DNA of 64,000 nucleotides from Mustelus asterias (Eukaryota): assembly GCF_964213995.1 (NCBI RefSeq), contig NC_135807.1, positions 96,906,001-96,970,000 of the forward strand. Reading direction: 5' to 3'. Every line of letters begins with the position of its first letter. Position 1 is the first letter of the stretch. Shown here piece by piece: positions 12,966-24,320 of the stretch. The notes under the pieces were generated by a model. It was not told the origin of the DNA. It made no database searches and was given only the letters and a program-made list of their open reading frames with translations. A program made the position numbers and the translations under genes.

Positions 12966-14636
12966 GCTGTAAATTCTATTGATTTGTAAATATGTTAGTG
13001 AACAGATAGATGTAGAACAAACTCTGATAGTTAATACATTTCAATTACTAACGGTTAATATTTTGGGATCTATAATTGCAGTTAGCTTTTTTAGGTTTAA
13101 AAAAATGGAACCAGTTGAGTTAAGAAAACATAAAAGTTGCTGTTTGGTTCCATGTTTATTTTCCCTCTTTCCCTCTCTGACTTTGCCTTACCTTGTTCTC
13201 ATTCCGTTTTTCCCTTTTTCCTTCTCCAATTCATGCCATCCATAATATAACTGAGATGCGATGCAAAGTACACAAGTGAGTTATTGCTATTTGCTGTCAA
13301 GGAGATGAATTTGATGCACAGTTGAAAATGTCCTCATGTAGTTGAAAGTAAAACAAGTTGGAATGAAAGCTGGATTTTAGAGCTGTACTTGCTCCAAAGA
13401 ATCGCAGAAAGCGATTGAGCAAATAAGAATTGTATCTAAGTACGAGATTGAAATAACAAAGGAAGAGCTAAGACTGAAAGATTAGGACATCATTAATCAT
13501 TATGAGGATAAGCCCAAAAGTTGCAGTACAAAATTGCTGTCATCCCTTTTCAGCACTGAATCAAAAACGAGATGGAAAATACAAGCAGCAGGAGCAAGAA
13601 GGTACAGGTAATGAGAAAGAATTTAAAGCCAGCCCAGAGTACTAATAGAAGAATTTGAGACATCCTTGGGTAACAGGCGGTGTATCTCTACTGGTAGGAG
13701 TGCAGCTAGGAGTTCTCAACCTTCGTACTTGAGATGGAGGCAGCCATCTTACATTACTGTAGATACATCTTACGGACCTCCTGCAACTCAATGCCTGTAT
13801 CTTTTCTGTATAAAAATTGGACATACAATTAAAAGGCTATTTATTATTATTTTTGTTTTACTTACTTAATGTGATACTTGTAAGTGGATATACAATGTGT
13901 GCTATTGGTGGGAGTTTTAGCTGCATTCACATACCAAACACTCACAGCAAACTCTCCACTTTGGATGAATTGGTTCTGAGCACTGTTTCTCCACTCTCTG
14001 AAGGTAAATAATCAGGAGCTTGCTGTTCTGGCTTTGACTGACTAAAATCCTATAACATTTTTGCCTAAAGTTTTGTTGGCTCATTTCTGAAGACTGCATA
14101 GGCCACCCTGTTGCCATGGCACCCAACTTCTTGCCCTAAGGATTATTTCTTTTTATTTTAATGCACTTGTTTCTCCTTCTTGGTTTGTGAGTTTCAGAGT
14201 GCTGCAATTCAGATTAAACTCAACTAGACCATTGGGCCCAGGTCCAAAAAGAACCCCACAGTTATTTTTAACAACCCATTTGAAACTTTTTCACAGACCT
14301 GAGGGGACCATGGCACCCAGTTGAGAATCTCAGCTGCAATGGACATGTGGCATGTGGTATTAGATTGGAATTACAGGAGATGCTTAGCTAAGCTGTTACA
14401 AATCCCATTGCATTGACATTGACTTAATAAATATTTTAAATATGAAACAAACTATGCAAGGAAGCTAAGCAATATAAGTGAAAGCAATAGATTAAGGTTC
14501 GTTTTTCCCAAGAGTTTGGCGATTGAATTGAACTGCAGAAATTGATATTGGTGGTGAGAGCCATTTTCTATTTGTGTAACAAATATTATTCATAGTCCTT
14601 TAAAATGTCCACTCCATTATACAGCTCTGGCTTCTA

Positions 14637-14870
14637 GTCATAGAATCATAGAATCCCTACAGTGCAGAAGGAGGCCATTTGACCCATCAAGCCTGCATCG
14701 ACAACAATCCCACCCAAGCCCTATCCCCATAACATCACGTATTTACCCTTGCTAATTCACCTGACACTAAAGTCAATTTATCATGGCCAACCCACCTAAC
14801 CTGCACATCTTTGGGGTGTAGGAGGAAACTGGAGCATAGGGAGGAAACCCAGGCAGGCACAGGGAGAACA
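14637..14870 (-). mobile_element. HE1-like SINE, 5'-truncated
   Basis: Reverse complement of the SINE tail (CATAGAATCCCTACAGTGCAGAAGGAGGCCATT) and core. Confidence 0.88.
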
Positions 14871-15201
14871 ATCATAAAATAGAATCCCTACAGTGCAGAA
14901 GGAGGACATTCAGCTCATCGAGTCTGCCCCGGCCACAACCTCTATCCAGACCCTATCCTCATAACCCCATACATTTACCCTAGCTAACCCCCCTTTCACT
15001 AAAGGGCAATTTATCATGGCCAATCCACCTAACCCGCACATCTTTGGACTGTGGGAGGAAATTGGAGCATCCGGAGGAAACCCACGCAGACACGGGAATA
15101 ATGTGCAAACTCCACATAGACAGTGAACCAAGCTGGGAATCGAACCCGGGTCCCTGGCGCTGTGAGGCAATAGTGCTAACCACTGTGCTATCGTGCTGCC
15201 C
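14871..15201 (-). mobile_element. HE1-like SINE, full length
   Basis: Reverse tail at 14871; reverse B box GGGAATCGAACC and A box CCACTGTGCTA at about 15135-15190. Confidence 0.92.
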
Positions 15202-16075
15202 CACGATAAAGTTATTACACACAACATTAAGATTGAATAGCTCTATTGTGCCAAGGAGAAAGGTGAGGCGCTAGTGTTGAGCTTCATTGGAAACAGCAAG
15301 GGACAGAAAACATTGGTGCGAGTTTGTTTATAGGCCACCAAGCAGCAGTGGTAATGTAAATCGCAGTATATATCAGGAAAGTAGAGGTGTGTGTAACAAG
15401 AGCAATACAATAATCATTGGAGATTTTGATTCACATCAGTATTAATGTTATGGAGGATGAGGTTTTGGAATGTATGCAAAATGATTTTCTAGAGCAATAC
15501 ATCGAGGAGCCAAATAGGAAACAGACTATTTTGGATCTGGATTGTGCAATGAAAAATGGCTAATTAATAATCTTGTTGTAAAGGAACTGTAGGAAAGGGT
15601 GACCATAATATGATAGAAATTTCCATTAAATTTGAAAATGATGTAGTTCAATCAGAGAGTAGGGTCTTAAATCTAAACAAAAGAAACTATGAAGATATGA
15701 GGTGGAAATTGGATATGGTAGATTGAGAAGCTATGTTAATAAGTATAATGGTAGACAGCCAATGGCTAATACTTAAATAACTAATACATAGTTTACAAAA
15801 ATACATTCCTTTAATTCACAAAAAAGCAGAAAGGAATATGATCCAACTGTGGCTAATGAAAGAATCAAGGATTGCATTAGATCAAAGGAAGAGGCTTGTA
15901 AAGTTTACCAAAAAGATAAGCCTAAGAAATGGGAGCATTTCGGAATTCTGCAAAGGAGGACCAAGAAAAAGATAAAGAAAAGGGAAATAGAATATGAGAG
16001 TTACAGTAAAAGCTTCTATACGGGTATAAAGTGAATGATTAGCAAAAACAAATGTTGGTCCATTATAAGCAGAGT

Positions 16076-16382
16076 TTAAGGTCTTGTGGTGCAGTGGGTA
16101 GTGTCCCTGCCTCTGAGCCAGAAGCTCCAACTTTGAGTCCCATCCCAGGACTTGATGGACAAGGAAGGTGTGTTCATATTGAACTGAGTGTCAACCTGCA
16201 AATCCTGTCAACGTGTCAATGGCTGACAATAAGAACACAAGAGTCTCCTGGTGAGCCACGCTTGTTGCTGCCTCTGGCGACAGGCCAGCAACTTGCTCCA
16301 GGAATAACTAGCAATGGAAACAGACAAAAGTCCACCTTAGTGCACCACTAGGTGTGGGAAGGGAATTGGAAATGGAAAAGTG
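16076..16382 (+). mobile_element. Second tRNA-derived SINE family inserted in old CR1
   Basis: A box-like TGGTGCAGTGG and B box-like TTTGAGTCC; body unlike HE1; CR1 sequence resumes after it (GAGT on both sides). Confidence 0.65.
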
Positions 16383-16897
16383 GAGTCAAGAGAATTCATA
16401 AAGGGGAATAAAGAAATGGCAGAAAAATTAAGCAAATACTTTGTGTCTGTCCTCACAGAGGAACTTAAAACCTCTCTCAGGAATAGTGGAGCATTAAGGA
16501 ACTAGTGCAAATGAGAAACTGCAAGATATTAATATTAGTAAAAATTAAATGAGTAATTAATGGGATTCAAAATAGATAAATCCACTGGACCTGATGATCT
16601 ACATTCCAGAGTATTGAAAGGGGTGACTGATAGTAATGCATTGATAGTCATCTTTCAAAATTCGACAGATGCTGGAATGATTCCTGCAGATTGAAAGATA
16701 GGAAGTGTAACACCAGTACTTAAGGAAGGAGGGAGAGTGAAAATGAGACACTATAGACCTGTTAGCCTGACATTGATAGTAGGCAAAATGCTAGAATCTA
16801 TAAAAAAGGATGTGATAACAGGACATTTGGAAAATAGCGGTGAGATTGTGCAGAATCAACATGGATTATTGTTGAAGGTTTCTGAGGATGTAACTGA

Positions 16898-17207
16898 AGT
16901 TTTAAAGTTTTTTTATTAGTGTCACAAGCATGTTTACATTAACAATGCAATGAAGGTACTGTGAAAATCCCCCAGTCGCCACTCTCTGGCACCTGTTCAG
17001 GTACACTGAGGGAGAACTTAGCATTGCTAATGCACCTAACCAGCACATCTTTGGAGTGTGGAAGGAAACAGGAGCACCCAGAGGAAACCCACGCAGATGC
17101 AGGGAGAACGTGCAGACTCTGCACAGATAGTCATCCAAGCCGGGAATCGAACCCGCATTCCTGACGCTATGAGGCAGCAGTGTTACCCACTGTGCCACCG
17201 TGCCACT
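16898..17207 (-). mobile_element. SINE with HE1-like tRNA head and core but a different 3' tail
   Basis: Reverse head CCGGGAATCGAACC...CCACTGTGCCACCGTGCC; tail region 16900-17020 differs from the CR1-type tail. Confidence 0.85.
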
Positions 17208-18599
17208 CCGAGCAGAATAGATAAGGAGGAACAAGTGGATGTGATAGATTTAGATTTTCAAAAAGCTTTTTATGAAGTCTCACCCAAGAGTAAACAAAAT
17301 AGTGCTCATTGGATTAGGGGTAAGAAACTGGAATGGATTGAGAATGGGCTAATGACTAGAAAACAGAGTTAGAATAAATAGATTATTTTCAGGTTTGGAA
17401 GGCTAATGAGATACCGTTTGGATCAGTGCTGGGCTCCAGTTACTCACAACCTATATCAATAAATGTGGGAGTTAAATATAATACTTCCAAATTTGCAGAT
17501 GACACAAAACTAGGCGGGGGCATCAGTTGTGAGAAATAAGCAAAAATGCTTCAAAGTGATTTGGAGAGGCGAAGCGAGTAGGCAAAAAATTGGCAGATGG
17601 AATACAATGTGGAGAAATGTGAGGTTATCCACTTTGGTAGGAAAGAAAGAAATACAGAATATTTGTTAAATAGTGGAAGGCTGGCAAGTGTTCAACCTCA
17701 AAGGGACTTGGGGGATCTTGTTCTTGAGTCACGGAATCTAACTTGCAGGTACAGCAAGTAATTAGGAAGGCAAATGGTATGTTGGTCTTTATCGCAAAAG
17801 GATTTGAGTGTAGGAGTAAAGATGTCTTACTGTGATTATATAGAGCCTTAGTGAAACTGTACCTGGAGCATTGTGTGCTGTTTTGATCTCCTTGCCTCAG
17901 GAAAGATATATTTGCCATAGAGGGAGTGCAATGAAGGTTCATGAAATTAATTCCTGAGATGCTGGGTTTGTCCTATAAGGAAAGGTTAAATAAACTGAGC
18001 CTTTATTCTCTGGAGTTTAGAAGAATAAAAGGTGACCTCGTTTGAACATACAAAATTATTATGGGACTCGACAGGCTAGATGCAGGAAGGATGTTATCCT
18101 TGGCCAGTGGGTCTAGATATAATCTCAGAATAAGGAGCAGGCCATTTAGGACAGAGATGAAGAGGAATTCCTTCATTCAGGATTGGTGAATCTTTGGAAT
18201 TATCTTTTCCCTCGAGGGCTATTGAGGCTCAGTTGTTGGGTAAGTTCAAGACTTGAGATCGATAAATTTCTACATATTAAAAACATCAAGGGAAATGGGA
18301 AAATTCTGTTAAAGTAGAAGTTCAGCCATGATCTCATTGGAGGGTGAAGCAGGCTGAAAAGACTGAATGGCTTTCTCCTGCTTCTATTTGTTCAAATATT
18401 CTTGATATATGTTGGGTGGAGATGAACGAACCTGAGCCCCACAATCCGCTCTGCAAGAACCAAACCCTCTATTATTAATCAATGAGGAAAAACTGGAACA
18501 ACCAACCACACTATCCACACCCAAACCTGCTCCTCCCTGTAAGTGCAATGTCTCTCACATTGGTGTTAATGATTGCTGCTCATTAGAGAACTGAATCAA

Positions 18600-19592
18600 G
18601 GTGAGAAAAACAGAATGAGGAAAAGGGAGAAAAGGACTGGGGAAGAGAGAGATACAGATAGGGGAAGTCAGTGAGACTTGGGAGAGAGACAAACACTCTG
18701 GAGACACTATGGAAAGAGAGACATACACAGTGGAAGAGGAGAGAAAGACAGGAGAGAGAGGGAGACTGGGGAGAGAGAGAGAAAGACACTGGGAAAGAGA
18801 GAGGGACTGGGAAGTGAGAGAGACTGTGAGAAGGGCGAGAGACTGGGCAGAGACAGAAACCAGTGTGGGGGGGGGGGGGGGGAGAGAAAGAGACCGACGC
18901 ACATTTGGGGAGGAGAGAGTGAGTAGGGAAGAGAAGGTTGGGAAAGACAAAGTCTGAAGGTGTGTGTGAAAGAGAGGGAGAGAGGGAGACTAGGGGAAAA
19001 TGAGGGAGAGAAATTGGGGGGAAAGGGAGAGATGCTGGGGGTGAGAGAGAGAGAGAGGGAGACTGGAAGGAGAGAAGGAGAGACAGGGAGAGAGATTGGG
19101 GAGAGACAGGGAGAGAGATTGGGGAGAGACAGGAGAGAGGCTGAGTGAGAGGGAAAGATTACAGGGAGAAGGAGAATGAAGGCAAGTGTGAGAGCAATTG
19201 TACAGAGATAGCGAAGGACTGGGGGAGAGATGGAGAAAAGAGTGGGACAGAGTAGAAAAGAGACTGCAGATGGAGAGTGAGACGGGGAAGGGAGAGAGAG
19301 AGAGAGATGGGGAAAGTGAGTGAGAGACAGAGAGAGAGAGAGAAACTGGGAGAGAGAGGTGATGAGGGATTGGGAGATAGAAATTAAGAAAGATTGGGCG
19401 AAAGAGAAAGAGACCTGGAGAGATTGGAAGAAAGATGGGAGTGAGACTGGGGAGACAGATAGAGAGGCATGGGAAAGAGAAATAGACTGGGGAAGCAGCG
19501 AGAAAGAGAGACTGGGGAATGAGAGGAACTGGTTGTGGCAGAGAGATGTGGAAACTGGGGACAGAGAAAGGGAGAGTCTGAGAAAGAGAGAT
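18600..19592. repeat. GA-rich polypurine low-complexity tract (GAGACTGGG-like units)
   Basis: Strong purine bias on + strand with recurrent GAGAGACTGGG; generates spurious Ser/Leu and Glu/Arg ORFs. Confidence 0.9.
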
Positions 19593-20222
19593 GTCACAGG
19601 TTTGGAAGTTGCTGCAGCACATCTTGTAGATGGTACACACTGCAGCTTTGTGTGGCCATGACAGAGGGATTGAATGCTTATGGTGGTGGATAGGTTGCTT
19701 TATCATGGGCAATTCAAGCTTCTTGTGTGTTAGAGCTGCTGTCATCTAATCAGGTGGGAAATATTCAATCATGTTCCTGACTTGTGCCTTGTAACAGGTT
19801 TTGGAGAGAAGGTAGGAGAGATACTCTCTGCGGATTACCAAACCTCTGACCTGTTCTTGTACATACATTATTATATGTATGTACCTGTTCAATGAGAACT
19901 CCCAGGTTGTTGATGATGGGAAATACAGTGATGCAACTGCTGTTGAATGTCCTTAAATGGCAACAGGAGGTGATTAGATTCTCTCTTTTCGGAGAGGAAA
20001 TTGCTTGGCACTTGTGTGGTATAAATTTTATTTGTTAATTATCATCCCAAGCCTGAACATTGTCCAGATCTTGTTGCATATGGATACGGACCTTTTCAGT
20101 ATCTCAGGAATTGTGAATGGTGCTGAATATGGTGCAGTCATCAGCAAACATCCCCATTTCTGACCTTATGATGGAAGGAAGGTCATTGATGAAGCAGCTG
20201 AAGATGGTTGAGCTTAGGACAC
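19593..20222 (-). mobile_element. Old LINE fragment, truncated by the Gypsy 5' LTR
   Basis: AAVCTIYKMCCSNF on minus; GAAGGAAGGTCATTGATGAAGCAGCTG is the reverse of the RT FSCFINDLPS region, ending at the SVL segment next to 20223. Confidence 0.75.
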
Positions 20223-20530
20223 TGTGGTGAACCATAGATGGTTACCACTATGGGTACTGAACCATAGATGGTTATCACTATGGGTACTTGTACATATGTT
20301 ACTCTTGTTACTGTTGGGGTTAGGGTTGGGGTGTTCCACCTGTTGGCATTGTTCTGTGGTACACTCCGGTTGGCTCCGCCTTCCTATAAGAGTATAAAGG
20401 TCACTGCACTTCCTAGTGACCCTTTAGTCTGGGATTGTATTGTTAAGCAGTATGCTCTATTCTTGTTGCTAATAAAAGCCTTTATTTCCCGGGTACGATC
20501 CAGCCTCCCGAGTGAATTAATCGCGCATCA
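20223..20530 (+). repeat. 5' LTR with 30-bp tandem duplication near its start
   Basis: TGTGGTGAACC...CGCGCATCA; TATAAA and AATAAA inside; homologous to 26535-26811. Confidence 0.95.
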
Positions 20531-20567
20531 ATTTTATAAGCAACAATTTTTGTTTTGAAAAAAAAAC

Positions 20568-22142
20568 ATGGAGCAGATGTTAAAACCAGATCGCCTTACC
20601 TTAGATCCGTGTGTCGCTGGAGCATCGAACACTTTCGACCATTGGTTGAAGTGTTTCCAGGATTATAGCGACGCCTCAACAGCAGTCCAAAACGACGCCG
20701 ACAGATTGCGGGTCCTCCACACAAGGGTAAGCGACACTGTGTATGCAACAATCCGTGATTCCCAAGACTACAAAGAGGCCATCGAATTACTCAAGAAGCT
20801 GTACCATAAACCGCCAAACGAGATTCATGCTCGTCACCTACTAGCCACTCGACGGCGGCAGCCCGGCGAAACGACGGGACAGTACCTGCGCGAACTTCAA
20901 CAGCTAGCCAGAGCCTGCAATTGCAAGCCTGTGTCGGCTACTCAATACACTAACGATCTGATCCGAGATGCGTTCGTGGCGGGAATCGGCTCATCCTATA
21001 TTCGCCTGCGGCTGCTAGAGCAGGGTAACTTGGACCTAGCTAAGACGGTGGAATTGGCTGATGCGATGGAAACGGCCTCCAGTCTTGAAACTTACCCCAC
21101 CGACCACGTGGGAACATCGTGGCAAGTACAGCCACCGACTCAACTCTACCCAGCGGCTCCTAGGAACTGCGCAATCGTGCTTTCAACCTCGGACCTGGCG
21201 GCTGCGGCAGCTCCAGGAGGCCCACGGTGCTATTTCTGTGGATTGGCGAAGCACCCTCGCCAGAGATGTCCGGCCAGGACGGTATTTTGCTCCGCTTGTG
21301 GAAAGAAAGGGCACTATGCTAAAGTGTGCCGAGCGAAGCCCCCTTCGAAGCCAAGCAGTGCTGCGTGTGACTCCCCAGGATCCGTCTCCTCGTCTCCAGC
21401 TTCGTCAATGTCTTCAACCACGTGCGATTCACGGGCGCCGCCATTCCTGATGACGACGACGCAAGACACGTGCGACCTGCGGGTGCCGCCACTTTCAAAG
21501 CCATTGACCACGTGCGATCCATGGGCGCAGCCATCTTGGTCGACACCGGCTGCTGACGACCAGCAGGGGTCCTCATCATCGACCATCTCAGCTGCCTGCA
21601 GTTGCACTCGGGATCCAACAGTGGCGTCAATCATCCTGGACCAGGCCAAGCCTCACAGACTCGACAAGTCCATGATGGGCATAGAGGTAAATGGATGCCT
21701 GATACATTGTCTGTTTGACAGCGGGAGCACGGAGAGTTTCATTCATCCGGATACCGTGAAACGGTGCGCTCTCCGAGTACAAACTGTCAGGCAGACAATC
21801 TCTATGGCTTCGAGGTCCCGATCTGTTACCGTTCTTGGGAGCTGCGTGGTAACTCTAACGGTGCGCGGCACAGTTTATGAGAACTTCAGGCTCCTCGTGT
21901 TACCGCACCTTTGCGCTCCGGTACTCCTGGGACTAGACTTTATGGTCCACCTGAGGAGTGTGACCCTGCAGTACGATGGGCCACTCCCTCCACTTTCAGT
22001 GGGAGAACAGCAGCCTCCAAATTGCCCAGCGCGCTCTACGTGCAGACACTCAAAATTACCCCGCCTTCTTTATTTGAAAATCTCGTGCCAGGCTGCAAGC
22101 CCATCGCAACTAAGAGCAGGCGTTACAGCGCTGAGGATCTGA
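20568..22142 (+). CDS. gag: Gypsy gag-protease
   Basis: Paired zinc knuckles CYFCGLAKHPRQRC and CSACGKKGHYAKVC; aspartic protease LFDSGS; frameshift to pol near 22045. Confidence 0.9.
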   Translation: MEQMLKPDRLTLDPCVAGASNTFDHWLKCFQDYSDASTAVQNDADRLRVLHTRVSDTVYATIRDSQDYKEAIELLKKLYHKPPNEIHARHLLATRRRQPGETTGQYLRELQQLARACNCKPVSATQYTNDLIRDAFVAGIGSSYIRLRLLEQGNLDLAKTVELADAMETASSLETYPTDHVGTSWQVQPPTQLYPAAPRNCAIVLSTSDLAAAAAPGGPRCYFCGLAKHPRQRCPARTVFCSACGKKGHYAKVCRAKPPSKPSSAACDSPGSVSSSPASSMSSTTCDSRAPPFLMTTTQDTCDLRVPPLSKPLTTCDPWAQPSWSTPAADDQQGSSSSTISAACSCTRDPTVASIILDQAKPHRLDKSMMGIEVNGCLIHCLFDSGSTESFIHPDTVKRCALRVQTVRQTISMASRSRSVTVLGSCVVTLTVRGTVYENFRLLVLPHLCAPVLLGLDFMVHLRSVTLQYDGPLPPLSVGEQQPPNCPARSTCRHSKLPRLLYLKISCQAASPSQLRAGVTALRI

Positions 22143-22374
22143 TCTTCATTCGATCTGAGGTTCAGCGGCTCCTCAGGGAAGGGATCATTCAACCTAGCAC
22201 TAGCCCATGGAGAGCGCAAGTCGTGGTGGTTAAGACTGGAGACAAGCCACGGATGGTCATGGACTATAGTCAGACCATTAATAGGTACACGCAGCTGGAC
22301 GCGTACCCTCTCCCGCGCATATCTGACATGGTCAACCAGATTGCGCAGTACGAGGTGTTCTCCACCATCGACTT
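22045..22374 (+). pseudogene. pol: Gypsy RT N-terminal part, cut by CR1 insertion
   Basis: LREGIIQPSTSPWRAQVVVV, RMVMDYSQTIN, DAYPLPRI, FSTIDL; continues as DLKSAYHQ at 24321. Confidence 0.92.
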
Positions 22375-24320
22375 AAGTCCAGGCAACTGAAAACAGATGG
22401 AGCTCTGGAGGAATACAGAGAGAGTAGGAAAGAAGTCAAACGGGGAGTTAGAAGGGCAAAAAGAGGTCACGAGATGTTCTTGGCAGGCAGGATTAAGGAG
22501 AATCCTAAGGCATTCTATTCATACGTTAGGAACAAAAGAGTTGTCAGGGAGAAAATCGGACCTCTCAGGGACAAAGGAGGGGAATTATGCTTAGAACCCA
22601 AGGGAATAGGGGAGATCCTAAATGAATACTTTGCATCGGTATTCACGAAGGAGAGGGGCGTGTTAACCGGGAGTGTCTCGGAGGGAGGTGTTGACCCGTT
22701 AGAGAAAATCTCCATTACAAGAGAGGAAGTGTTAGGTTTTTGAGGGAACATTAAAACTGACAAAGCCCCCAGGGCCTGATGGCATCTATCCTCGACTGCT
22801 CAGGGAGACGAGAGATGAAATTGCTGGGTCTCTGACGGAAATCTTTGTCGCTTCTTTGGACACGGGTGAGGTCCCTGAGGATTGGAGGATAGCGAATGTG
22901 GTCCCGTTGTTTAAGAAGGGTAGCAGGGATAACCCAGGAAATTATAGGCCGGTGAGCTTGACGTTCGTGGTAGGGAAGTTGTTGGAGAGGATTCTTAGAG
23001 ACAGGATGTATGTGCATTTAGAACGGAATGATCTCATTAGTGACAGACAGCATGGTTTTGTAAGAGGGAGGTGGTGCCTTACAAATTTGGTGGAGTTTTT
23101 TGAGGAAGTGACAAAAACGGTTGATGAAGGAAGGGCCGTGGATGTCGTCTATATGGATTTCAGTAAGGCATTTGACAAAGTCCCACATGGCAGGTTGGTT
23201 AAGAAGGTTAAGGCTCATGGGATACAAGGAGAAGTGGCTAGATGGGTGGAGAACTGGCTTGGCCATAGGAGACAGAGGGTAGTGGTTGAAGGGTCTTTTT
23301 CCGGCTGGAGGTCTGTGACCAGTGGTGTTCCGCAGGGCTCTGTACTGGGACCTCTGCTATTTGTGATATATATAAATGATTTGGAAGAAGGTGTAACTGG
23401 TGTTATCAGCAAGTTTGCGGATGACACAAAGATGGCTGAAATTGCGGATAGCGAAGAGCATTGTCGGGCAATACAGCAGGATATAGATAGGCTGGAAAAT
23501 TGGGCGGAGAGGTGGCAGATGGAGTTTAATCCGGATAAATGCGAAGTGATGCATTTTGGAAGAAATAATGTAGGGAGGAGTTATACAATAAATGGCAGAG
23601 TCATCAGGTGTATAGAAACACAGAGGGACCTAGGTGTGCAAGTCCACAAATCCTTGAAGGTGGCAACACAGGTGGAGAAGGTGGTGAAGAAGGCATATGG
23701 TATGCTTGCCTTTATAGGACGGGGTATAGAGTATAAAAGCTGGAGTCTGATGATGCAGCTGTATAGAACGCTGGTTAGGCCACATTTGGAGTACTGCGTC
23801 CAGTTCTGGTCGCCGCACTACCAGAAGGACGTGGAGGCATTAGAGAGAGTGCAGAGAAGGTTTACCAGGATGTTGCCTGGTATGGAGGGTCTTAGCTATG
23901 AGGAGAGATTGGGTAGACTGGGGTTGTTCTCCTTGGAAAGACGGAGAATGAGGGGAGATCTAATAGAGGTGTACAAGATTATGAAGGGTATAGATAGGGT
24001 GAACAGTGGGAAGCTTTTTCCCAGGTCGGAGGTGACGATCACGAGGGGTCACGGGCTCAAGCTGAGAGGGGCAAAGTATAACTCAGACATCAGCGGGACT
24101 TTTTTACACAGAGGGTGGTGGGGGCCTGGAATGCACTGCCAAGTAGGGTGGTGGAGGCAGGCACGCTGACATCGTTTAAGACTTACCTGGATAGTCACAT
24201 GAGCAGCCTGGGAATGGAGGGATACAAACGATTGGTCTAGTTGGACCAAGGAGCGGCACAGGCTTGGAGGGCCGAAGGGCCTGTTTCCTGTGCTGTACTG
24301 TTCTTTGTTCTTTGTTCTTT
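22375..24320 (+). mobile_element. 5'-truncated CR1 LINE nested in the Gypsy RT, TSD GACTT
   Basis: ORF 22856..24169 CR1 RT; (GTTCTTT)n tail; GACTT at 22370-22374 and 24321-24325. Confidence 0.95.

Larger units (their letters stand above)
15295..18395 (+). mobile_element. Old degenerate CR1 ORF2 carrying two SINE insertions
   Basis: Recognisable YRPP, HYRPVSLTLIVGKMLES, QNQHG, DLDFQKAF, KFADDTKLG with many stops; CR1-like 3' UTR near 18320-18390. Confidence 0.85.

Noticed and set aside
13895-13960. Possible miRNA or snoRNA hairpin
   Set aside because: Pairing is weak and no box motifs or known mature sequence recognised
18555-19745. Long Ser/Leu/Pro-rich minus ORFs and Glu/Arg-rich plus ORFs (also in each array unit)
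   Set aside because: Translations of GA/TC low-complexity tracts, open in several frames, no domain signal
22030-22060. Programmed ribosomal frameshift between gag-pro and pol
   Set aside because: Shift falls after the protease with no clear slippery heptamer; more likely a small mutational deletion
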